A stretch of DNA of 64,000 bases from Podarcis cretensis. Taxonomy: Eukaryota. The DNA lies in assembly GCA_951804945.1 (NCBI GenBank), contig OX638162.1, forward strand, positions 36,332,001-36,396,000. Direction: 5' to 3'. The translations under genes and the position numbers were made by a program. Shown in pieces: positions 1-33,600 of the stretch; position 1 is the stretch's first letter, and each line of letters starts with the position of its first letter. The notes below the pieces were generated by a model that saw only the letters and a program-made list of their open reading frames with translations, did not search any database and was not told where the DNA came from.

Positions 1-109
1 TTAAAAAACAAAACAGCCATGCTGCATTCCCAACACAGCTCAAGGGAAGCAGCCTTGTAACAGGTCAAACTATTTGCTCATTTACTCTAACTGGCAGAGT
101 CTCAGGTAT

Positions 110-300
110 GGGAACATGAGAAGCTGTCTTATGCTGAGACAGACTACTGGACCTATCTGTCTCAGGATTATTGGTACTTACTAGCAGCAGATTTTCAGGG
201 TTCCAGACAAGAGTCTTTTTCCCACCCTGCTTGGAGATGCCAAGAATTGACCCACAGACTTTCTGCATGCAAAGCGGCTGCTCTGCCACTGAGTTATGGT
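110..300 (-). mobile_element. Old tRNA-derived squamate SINE (~190 bp)
   Basis: Reverse strand reads TAACTCAGTGGCAGAGCAGCCGCTTTGCATGCAGAAAGTC...; related copies near 4815-4965(+), 6298-6487(+), 11300-11430(+), 18790-18962(+), 21875-22235(-), 57860-58020(-). Confidence 0.7.
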
Positions 301-366
301 CACCTCTTTGCCTTTTCTTTGAAAATAAAGAGAATGAAAACAGCAATTTGGAAACTGGAAAACAAT

Positions 367-372
367 TTTATT
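367..372 (-). terminator. Probable distal polyadenylation signal (AATAAA) of UBN1
   Basis: Minus strand reads ttgtatacagcagctgAATAAAattgttttccagtttcc, with an upstream UGUA element and a downstream U-rich tract. Confidence 0.6.
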
Positions 373-585
373 CAGCTGCTGTATACAAGATTAGCCATTT
401 TAAACGTCTCCTCCATCTTCCTCATTACCTAGAAAGGCCCCTGCCCCCCCCCCCACCCACAACACACACAAAAATAAATTGCAGCTCTTCCCACACTCAA
501 AGAAGCTGCTTTTCTAAGTTTTTAAGTGCCATCTGGTGGTGCACATGCCCACCATAAACAAAAATCTCCCAAAAGGGTCAAAGCC

Positions 586-590
<5 letters not shown>

Positions 591-623
<33 letters not shown>
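591..623. repeat. (AG)n microsatellite in the inferred UBN1 3'UTR
   Basis: About 16 perfect AG units. Confidence 0.95.
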
Positions 624-625
<2 letters not shown>

Positions 626-3288
626 CCAGTGCTCTTGTTCTTGTCCCAACCAAACGCTGATAGACCCTGCCCTGCCATGGCTCTGTTTGATTAAGTTCTC
701 TCACTGTTCAATGCAAAAGAAAAGGCGGGGAAGGAGGAGGGGGAAGAAATAACATTTCCCTGAGGCAAGAGGCTTCATGAGATTTCTTTCTAAAACAAGA
801 AGTTTCTGCTCCAGCCACTGCAAATGCACAGGTAGCTTTTGACAACAGAAGCTTTCAAGGGAGAGCAACAAGAGGGGAATTGCAAGTAGCTCAAGAAGGC
901 CTCAATCCCGTCCAAATGATAAAACAGTTCTCACAAGAGGTAATTAGCACCCAGCAGGATTGAGGCCTGACCAGAAAAAAGCAAAAACAAAAAACAAGCC
1001 CATCTATTACAAACTTCTGTGCTTCAAAACTGGCAACCTTAACATTTGGTCTTTGGCTCTTTTACTACAACCTAGAGTTTTTATTATTCTTACTTTCTCA
1101 TGGAAATAATGGATATATTTTCATAAATAAGCTTGACATAATCCAATTCATTTTGTTGGGGAGATGTACAAATTAATTAGGGTTTATGTCCATATTTACT
1201 TGGACTTCAAAACAGGCATGTTGAAGGAATGAAGTTGGCTCCAAATTTGGTCATAATCCAAGCAGAACTCATTGTGATTTATTTTCTTTCTCTTTTTTAA
1301 AAAACAACGGGGCTCACACCACGTAGAGGATCAAGAGCTTTCTGATACCAAGGAAGAACCATCCAATGTAGGGCTCTGAAGGGAAGGGAGTAACCTGAGG
1401 AGCCATGTGGTTTATTATGAACAGTTTTTGTTTGCAAGCCACTGGACCGAACCTGGTCTATGGCCTTCCAGGAACAGAAGAGGCTGCTTGTTCCAGCAAG
1501 CCTCTTTTCACAGGGATTGCCATATGTGCCCCTCTTTGTGGCAATGAGTTTCATAACCTCTTTTCTCCCCAGGGCAAGCAGCATACTGGGACAAAAAGGT
1601 CAAGTGAAGAGGGGGAAGGTTTAGTTAGTCCTTCAGCCCCCACCCCTTCCTGGTTCTCTTACACAAATTACCCACTGACCAACTGAGCTGTCAGTCACCT
1701 CCTCAAAGCAAGGTATTTATGACAGCTCTGATGCACAACCACTTTCACTTTCCAGCAAAGAGCACTGGTGGGGTTGGCGCTGGCCCTGATGAGCCTACAC
1801 TACTCCCCAGACCTCCACAAAAGAGCTTAGCCACCAAGATTCTTAGCAAAGCTTGAGCAAGCTCTTAAATGAAGAGGGTCAAGCCCAATTTCCAGTGATT
1901 GCACAGGAAAGGTTCTCAGAGGGAACTGCCCTGTCACCAGAATACAATGGTTTCATTATCATGCTGGTGCTAGAACAGCATCTCCAAATAGATAATGGTC
2001 TGCAACCCAGTAGTCCTACAAGGGCCAGCTCCACACACTCATGTCTCTGTATGCAGAACTCTTTCCTCCAGTAGAGCAAAAGTAGAGCTCTAGATCTCAC
2101 CTTGCTTACAGAACACCTGCTGAAATCTGAGCCCGGGGAAAACAGCTTTAGGGGAGGGATGGTGTATCTGTGGCCCTCCCACTCCCATCAGCCCCAACCA
2201 GGATAGCCAATGGTCATGAACGATGGGTTTGCAGTCCATCATCTTCAGGTAGACTACAGGTTCCCCATCCCTGCTTTTGGGGAAACTCAGGTCCACATAC
2301 TCCACACCTACTGATCAATATCTATTTTGTACTCTGCTTGGCACTAGGCAACTCCACAAGGTCAAGTCCAGAAAGTAGTGTATAACTCCAGGAAAAAAAG
2401 CTCTTATCAAATAAAGCCCAACACGTCTTAAATACAGCTAAGAATTTTTGAGGGGGGGGGAACAACAACAAAAGAGAGAGCCCACACAAAAAGAGCTTGA
2501 AATGTTTTGCACTCTTGCTCCACCATAAAAGGCACTGGAATTACGGCTTTGCTATACACAATGACATGCTGGGAAAGAAAGGGGACTTGTCCAATCCTAT
2601 GCATTCAGTGGTAATGACAGGGCAGGGAAGAGGGCAGGATTGACCATACCAGAAAATAAAAGGCAGAGAAGCAACACAAAAAGATCAGAATGCCAGTGTT
2701 CATGAATGCATCTCAAGGCCTCACAAGTCTCTGTCCTTCTGAGAAGACCAATGAGCTGACTGACTTTACAAAAGATGCCACAGAGGAAGGTGGGTCTTCT
2801 TGGTTGACGTCAGCATAGCTTTATTACAGGTACCATAAAGGGGGGGGGGGGGAGGAACCACTTGTGACTGTCACTCTTTGATTAGCTTAAGCCAGCCAAG
2901 TAAACCCAAAGCAGGAATGTTCAAGCACCTTCACATAGTCCACTGGAAAATCAAGGAGTGAGAAACAACTGGATTCAGAGGTATGTGACAAGAAGGGCTT
3001 GGGTTGTCGTGCTCAGCTTCTAGAGCCCTGCCTGCATCTCTCCCTCCCACTCAGGTGCCTGAAGTATGTGAAGCCAGGGCAGCTGCCAGAACGGCACCAG
3101 ATAAGTGCTTCCTTTCTTAGTGCGAGGCACAGATCCCTGTGGAAAGGGACTGGTCCAAACAGGGAAGGAACCTCCAGATCAACTCCATTCAAAAAGGAAC
3201 AGGGGGTGGGGAGAAAGGGCACCTTGCGTCCATGGCTTCATTCTGCAAGTCCCTATCAGGGCTTGTCATGTCCTCAACTTTCGAACTG

Positions 3289-26369
<23,081 letters not shown>

Positions 26370-27081
26370 GGCTAGACTTACGTTGTAGTTGCTATCATGG
26401 CATGGTTTCCAACAGTCTAGGCCAAAGTCTGGACTAGTATATACATGAGGGCATCACCACTGGAAAACACACACACACAGATGGATGCCAAATGCAGAAA
26501 TTAATAGATATGCTAGATTCCTGCGTTTTAAGAAAAACAACGCAACAATCTCTGCTTTCATAAGAGGAGAAGAATCATCATCCCATAGCCACACCACTGC
26601 AGGTTAGCATGTGGTCCTTGAAGTTTATGCAGCACAACTCTGCTTCAAGCCAAACGTGAAGGAAAGAAAGAAAGAACTTTCTGAACAGAGCAACTTTTAT
26701 GGAATCAGTTTCATTGTGACATTGGCCGGAAAGGTCAGTCTGGGCAATGTTACTCCACATCAGAGAATTTCCCACACTGGGAACTGACATAATGCAAAAA
26801 ACACTGAACACATATGCTCCGGTCTTCTGCTGAATACAAATGCCGATCTGCTAGCATTCAGACCCAAATGACTCCAGATCCATGGCATGTAGATAGCACT
26901 CTGAAACTTCTTTCCAAAGATGTATCTTCATATTTCTACCTAAAAGACAAAATCAGAAAGTTCCAGCCACAAAAACAGCACAGGTGAACACACAATTTTT
27001 GTTCCTCCATGGACTATGTTTCAAATGAGGCCTGTCTGGCAGGTCCGGTGCTGTACTGAATAATGACTGTACCCTGTAACT

Positions 27082-27217
27082 CAGGTAGGGATACTCTAGC
27101 CCTCCAGATGCTGCTGAACTACAAGTGCCATCAGCCCTAGCATGTATGACCAATGGCCAGGGCTGATAGTAGCTGTAGTTCAGCAACATCTGGAGGTCCA
27201 AATGTTCCCCACTCCTG
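27082..27217. mobile_element. Palindromic hAT-type MITE
   Basis: Same family structure; 8-bp TSD CTGTAACT at 27074-27081 and 27218-27225. Confidence 0.85.
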
Positions 27218-27929
27218 CTGTAACTGGATGAGATCTCTGAATGTCCAAGCAAATAATTCTTCCACACAAAACTCAATTACACAGTTGGATGTCATGAAAT
27301 GTAATAATTGCTACTAAACAAATGATTTCAGAAAAGCATTAAACTCATAGAGAACATGCATGCCCAAAAATATTAGCCATAACAGGCAGAAATGGAAGCT
27401 CCGTGTTCAGAAAAAGCATGCTTGTCCTTACCAGTTGGCAGAGACCAACCAATAAAAGCTTAGTCACTATTACACCCTCTCTGAGCACTCATCGGGGCAC
27501 ATTTGGGAACAGAGTGCTGAGCATAAACATTTGTTCTTAACCCAACAAAGCAACTCTTACTTTTTTGGGATTGGCAGTAACCAATAGACATGGTTTGGGC
27601 TCTGACAGATTGTGGATGCAAATGTTTCATGCCAATAGAAGATAATCAGCAAAATTATTACACAAAGTATTAGATGATCCACTCTCTAGAGTGAAAACTG
27701 GCAGACAGAAAGTCCTCTAGATAGTGATGAGAGAAAAAGCCAATTGCGGCAGCTTGGATGAGGAACTGTCCCCAAATAAAATATCTACAACTGGAGATGT
27801 CACCGCTGAACGACTGACTGTTCAATATACAGCAGTAACATAGTACTTTGTTTCCCCATGACACAGAAAGTGAGATGCACACAAACAACATGCTTTGGAG
27901 AATACATTTGTGTGAGTCATGTCCTTGGG

Positions 27930-28420
27930 GGCACCTGCTACAAAAGTCTCTTACACATTCAAATGACTCCCCCACCCGTTGCTTTGTGAGTAAACCCCAA
28001 GGAAAAATCTGTACCCGCTGCCTTGTGGGACATCCTTGGGAGAAGAAAAGACTAAGGAGTAAACCCTACACAAATCCAGAGTGGAGTCCCTAGGACAGTT
28101 GTCTTGTATGTCTCTTTCCAGCAACTCCTGCAGCTCACGCTGGTGCCAAATGTATTGCTATGTTTCCCTTTGGACCACAGCAGCAAGGCCAAGAGTGGGT
28201 TCTTGTTGTCTGGGTAACCCAAAGCCTCCATACACACTGCCCAGATTGGCACCCCGGAGAGATTACTTCAGTGCCGCTAATGCAGCAAAGGCAATGCAGG
28301 AGGCAACAGTTACGAATTACAAGTCTCTGCAGCCACAGCAAGCGCTGTGACTCTCTAGTGGTTTGACTTCACCCCTGGAGACACATTCCATTGTCTCTCG
28401 AGACAGATGGATGCTAACAA
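27930..28420 (+). mobile_element. Probable RTE-clade (Rex3/Expander-like) non-autonomous retroelement; boundaries approximate
   Basis: GGAGTAAACCCTACACAAATCCAGAGTGGAGTCCCTAGG and terminal TCTCGAGACAGATGGATGCTAACAAC resemble RTE-type UTR motifs as I recall them; not verified by search. Confidence 0.45.
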
Positions 28421-29918
28421 CTACACTCTGTTCTGCTCTGCCTTGACAGCATCAGGTTGAGTGTCAGAACAAAACCCATCCACTTTCCTGTCAGGGCAAT
28501 GGCACAATAACAGGATTAAGTCTGCGAGATCCAAGTAGCCCAGGCATTCAAATATAGTATTCCTTTATTTATAGAACTGATTTCAGTTTCCAGAGAGTTA
28601 ATGGAATGCATGCTTCTGGTCCCCATGGCAACAACAGGCCAATTTTTCTTTATTGTTTCCTGGCATTTAGTCACTCCCCACCCGCCTCCTTTATCTAAGT
28701 GAGGTTCACTGTAGCAAAGCTAAGCTCAAGCTTAGGTAGAAAAGTTGGCATGATGTGCTGCTTAGCAAAGCCGGGAAGTCCAAAGTTTAAATCACATAAA
28801 CTTAGAAGGTGGCCTTTGAACAACCCACCCTTCAAACCTCACCACAACCACCTCATAATTTGGAATATAGAGATAAAACCACTAGCTCACGTTTTATGAC
28901 TAAAAGGATGATTGAAATAACATGTGTGGCATGCTCTGGTCACTAAGAAAATGTAACTAATGCAAGTGCAAAGTATTTGGAACACAGAAATAGGTTAATT
29001 GCCTTACAGGATCTGAACAAAGTCCACCTGTTTCAACATTCTCTCACACACACTGATGGGTCAGATAGATACATGGCTGTTTCCTCTGGACTTGCTCCTA
29101 GTATTCTGAGGTACACTGTCTCAGTATAGGGAAGCCCCATTGTGCTGTTGTCCAAAAGACACCAGCAAGGGTACAAGATCTATCTTGACATATCTACTTA
29201 ACCCCCAAAGTGGGGAAATCTGAGGCCCAACTCCCACCAGCCGCAGCAACAGGCCAATAATCCTGAGGGGTGATGGGAGTGCAGAGCCCAAGAACATCTG
29301 GAGGCGTACAAGATCCCTCCACTGCTGGTCTGATCCAACGCTCCCAATTTCCAAAAGCAGTCAAGAAAGCTTCTCCAGGAAGCCCACAAAAGCAGAACTA
29401 TGGTCCTTTCCCCCCCTTTATTTACCCATAGCATCTAGCGCTGACGTAGACTGCTCCAGCACATGGAGGTTTTGTTTACAGACATCCCAGGTAGTAGCTA
29501 CTGATGTAACTCACTAGGGGGGTTCCGGTGTGGCGTGTAAGAGACTATGTAAAGATTCCCCCTCCTCCTTGTTTAGCCTTGGCGGTATCCAATTCCCCTC
29601 CCCCGCACCGATCCATGCACCCAAAATAAATGCAGAAGCACAAATGGCAATTTCCAACACTCTGCAAGGGCTGCCCACCCACGCGCACATTTGCCCTGCA
29701 TTATGTATTAGGGGGAAAGAGAGGAGAAGGCCGAAGCTCATCTCCAAGTCCGGGTTAAGCGGGCGGGGGGGGGGGGTTCAAAGAAAAGGTGTCGGTTATT
29801 CCCAGCCGGCGAGGTGGCGAAAGGAAGGCCCCGTTGCCCCTGGTAACGAGGGAGGCGCTTTGGAGCGCCTGGGGAGGTTTGTCCCTTCTCCCGCCCTCTA
29901 CCCGAAAGCAACGCTTAC

Positions 29919-30070
29919 CGGCGCGCCTCCATTTCTTCGACTCCAAGCTCGCCTCACGGCACCTCTCCGCCTTCCCTCCGGCTACCTCAAACCGTTGCCG
30001 CGGCCTCAGCAGCTAACCCTTCTCGCAAGCGCCGCCGCCGCTGCTACAACTGCCGCCGCCGCCGGATCCA
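29919..30070 (-). other. UBN1: Probable non-coding exon 1 of UBN1 (5' end approximate)
   Basis: Inside the CpG island, GGC-repeat-rich leader, strong donor CCG|GTAAGC at 29919/29918. Confidence 0.6.
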
Positions 30071-30546
30071 ATTCCTCGCTCCCTCAAGTCACGTGCGAGG
30101 GGAGAGGGCGGAGAGAACGAAAAACAACAAGCCAGGGTTGGAGGGAAACCCCCGAGGCCCGCGTCACGTGACGCCAACGGAACGCGCTCGCGCTCTTCGC
30201 TTTTTGACAAGCAGAGCAGGAGGAGGAGGAGGTCTTTGTATTGCTGCTGCTGTTGAGGAAAGGAGGGGAGGGGGCGGCGACGGAGTGCGTGCTGCGCGCG
30301 CACCAGCCAGTGTCCCGGTAGGCTCTGCGGCAGAGTGTGGGGGGGGGGGGAGAGACAGAGAGCGAGAGAGAGAGAAGGAAGGAAGAGGAATAGCAGTAGG
30401 GATCGTCGTCGCTGCCAATTCTGGCTGCTGAGGGGCGGAAGGAGGGGGAGCCTGAGGAGGGGTGTGGCGGCATCGGCTGTAGAGGAGGAGGTGGTAGCAG
30501 CGGCGGCAGCAGCAGCAACAGCGACGGTGCCGGCCGGGTCAGGAAA

Positions 30547-30602
30547 ATGGCTGCGGCTGCGGCTGCTGTTCCTGTGAACCTGCGGCTCGGAGACCTGGTG
30601 TG
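30547..30602 (+). CDS. GLYR1: GLYR1 exon 1 coding part ([18 protein letters not shown])
   Basis: AAA-ATG-G Kozak context; donor GTG|GTGAGT. Confidence 0.93.
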
Positions 30603-33600
30603 GTGAGTTGCGGGGTGGCACCGGGGCGGTTGGGGGGCGCCTCCCCTCTAGAAAGGGGTGAAACGGGGAAAGCTGAATCTTCTGGCCTAGGCCTCGTAAG
30701 CCCGCAGGCGGCCATCGCCGCCGTTTGTGGGCAGAGCCCTGCGAAGGAGGGACATCCCCCCCCCTTCCTCAGTCACAAACACGGACTCGCCTTGTGGGAG
30801 GAGGCACGGGCAAGTCAGCCCCGCGAGGACTTGGGGCGGGATGTGGGGCTAGACTTGCCTAGAGGGGAAATTTGCCACCTTTAAGGGGGGGGGGGAGGAA
30901 GTCGCTTCGTAGGGGGGCTGCTGGAGGTGGCGAAGGGCGACTCGACTCGAAGGGCGGCGCGGCCTGGGGCATGTTGCGAGTGAGAGGAGTTCACTTTTAA
31001 GAGACAGAAAAAGGTAAGCTTTGGTGTGAGCGGAGAAGAGAGACGAAAACGAGTAACATTATCCGGGTGGTCGGGAGATGGGGAGGAGTTAAATCTGAAA
31101 CACCACCCCATGGCTTCCATTAAATGTAGCCATATTGGGGGCCACTACAGTTTCCTAAACACGCAACTTCCATAGTTAAGAGGCTTGGGCCTCCTCTGCT
31201 TTTTTGCATTTTTAGTACTGGAAGAAACTGAGGTAAAGAGGCAAACTTGGTTGTGGGGAGGGGGGGGAGTGCATGCTAATATTCTCAGTAAGCTGGCAAA
31301 CTTGTGCGGAAGGGATATTCCGCATCAGTTGGGTTGGTCTTTTGGTAAGAGAAATGGAGCCAAGGGTAAATTCCTGCCAGCACTCAGTGTGAGCCAGGAA
31401 GTCTTAGGATCAAACTTATTTAAGCCTTAAGCAAGCTGCTTTTCCCCTTAATTTTAGTTTTTAGACAGCATTGTGGAGAAAATGGCACTGACATATTCCA
31501 GAATGGAGCAAAGATTGTAATTAGAATTGTACGGTAATGAATTAATTAAAAGTACTTTGAAAATTCAAATCAAGGTTACTGCTAAATAAATGGAGTTCTA
31601 GGTGGCTCGATGAGTGATCCTTTTAATTGGACCGACTAAATTCAGTGAGAGTTGTTCTGGAAGCTATTGTTTACTGTTGAAATCTGACTTCTTGAAATCA
31701 TTGTAAATTGCAGTGAGTACTTAAAGCAGAGTTGTCACACACAAAGTTATTAATAGTGATAGTTATTTTAAATAACACGCTTGATGTACAAATGTCTTAC
31801 TGTTTTATTTTACTTTTACAGCAACCCTGTGATTCAGGTTGCTGCTGTTCTTCTTTGCAGGATCTGAAGTGGAGAGGTAGTGACTTGGCCAAAGCCACCA
31901 AGTTAGTCCATAGCTGAGCTGGGATTTAAACTCAGGTTTTATATTGTAAAATAAGTAAGTTCCACTAAGATTAGGGGAGCATACTTCCACGTAAGTGTGC
32001 ACTGGGTAGTGTCCTCAGAAGCTTTTGTTCTCATTTTTATTCTCATTTCGTCTTGTGGAATAGATCACCAATGCAGCCACTTTACGAATGGGAAGCATGA
32101 AAAGTGTAATGGCTTCTCTACCAAAAGGATACTTTCCTTTTTTACACTAGTTAGTTCAATCGAGTTACTTGAAAAACTGAGGAGCCTGCCCCCAGTACAA
32201 CAGCTAACCAATTTTAAATTATAATGAAGTGAAGTAGTTACTCTGCAAAAAATGCTTTCTAAATTTTGATCCTTTCTAGAATGTTATAACAACAGAAGGT
32301 ATGGCTATTGTTAACGCATAGTTTAGAAGTGGGCAAATAAGTTGAGCTACATTGGAATTTGTTCAATGAGTAATACAAAACCTTTTCTCCCTGCTCCTTT
32401 GCGACTTCCCACAATCATATTATGCACTAAGAGCCACAAGGGAGCTGTTCCATAAAATTATTTGCTACATCTTGACTGTCTCTTCATTATATGCCCCAAA
32501 ATACTTTTTTCAAAAACCAGAACTTCAAATTATGTTCTTAATTAACAAGCACAAAGTGATTGTTGAAAACCCCACATAATGCAGTGAGGATACTCTGGAA
32601 ATAACATTGTTAGTCTGCAAAAATGTTTGCTAGCCTTCTGGGGACTGGCGAAAAAGAGATGGAGGGTCGCACTCTTGCAGCAAACTGTTGTGTTTCTGTG
32701 CTAGGGGTGGGCACTTTCCTCATCTGATTCTCTGCCAGCCCATTCATTCACTAGAATAGAATTTTATACACTCAGTTTTATGCATTAGTCCCTTTATGGT
32801 TTCTAGGCCGGTGCTTAAATGCAGGGTTGGTGTCATTGCTTGGTTGTGTTAGGGTTGAGGTACCAAATGGGGTAATCATCTGGAATTGCCGGTGTAATGG
32901 CCACCTTTTGTAAGAGAAGGAGCCAGTAATTATATGTGACTGTGCTGGAGTTGGTGCACAAATACAGAACTGGAAGCAAGACTTAATTCTATGAAATTTT
33001 TATCTGGGCCTGTGAAGCCTGGGTTTTTTCCAGGGTAGTAGCTCAAGGCCATTGAATGCCAAGCAAGTAGTGAGTCTGCTTCTGGTAGTTAAACCCCTGT
33101 CTTCATTGAGCAGTGGTGTCTGAGCAATATGACTTATTTCAAGAGCCACTGAGCAATTTATTTTTGTGTCCTCAAGATGGGTCATAAAGCACTAGAACTA
33201 CAGTACACAGATTTTGCTCCCAAGAGAACATGGTGAATGGTAAAATTTTTGGAGCAGCTATTGAGAATCTGGAAAAACTGGCAATTATTCATCTTTACAT
33301 ATAAGTGTGGCTTATTGGCAGATACCTCTGCCTTTCAAAGAAATCATATTCCTATGCCCCCCCCCTAATAATGACTTCTATTAAGCATTTTCTCATTTAG
33401 TGTTTCTGTTAATTCTTCTAAATGGTGGTCTTAAACAGATTTGTTTTAACTTTGAAACAAATAGCTACCGTATTTTTCGTCCTATAGGACGCACTTTTCC
33501 CCCTCCAAAAATGAAGGGGAAATGTGTGTGCATCCTATGGGGCGAATGCAGGCTTCAGGAAGCTCTCAGCAAGCCTTGGAAGCGCGCTGGAGTTCCCATC

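Larger units (their letters stand above)
345..3288 (-). other. UBN1: UBN1 3'UTR (approx. 2.9 kb; distal end inferred)
   Basis: Follows the stop codon. AATAAA on the minus strand at 372-367 is followed by U/GU-rich sequence. Confidence 0.6.
29750..30990. promoter_or_regulatory. CpG island / bidirectional promoter shared by UBN1 (-) and GLYR1 (+)
   Basis: Dense CpG and high GC between the two first exons. E-boxes at 30088-30095 and 30161-30174, NRF1-like TGCGCGCGCA at 30293-30302, CCAAT near 30415, GC boxes, no TATA box seen. Confidence 0.9.

Noticed and set aside
29530-30884. Several 80-213 aa ORFs across the CpG island
   Set aside because: Expected stop-codon scarcity in GC-rich, trinucleotide-repeat sequence; mostly non-ATG starts and low complexity.
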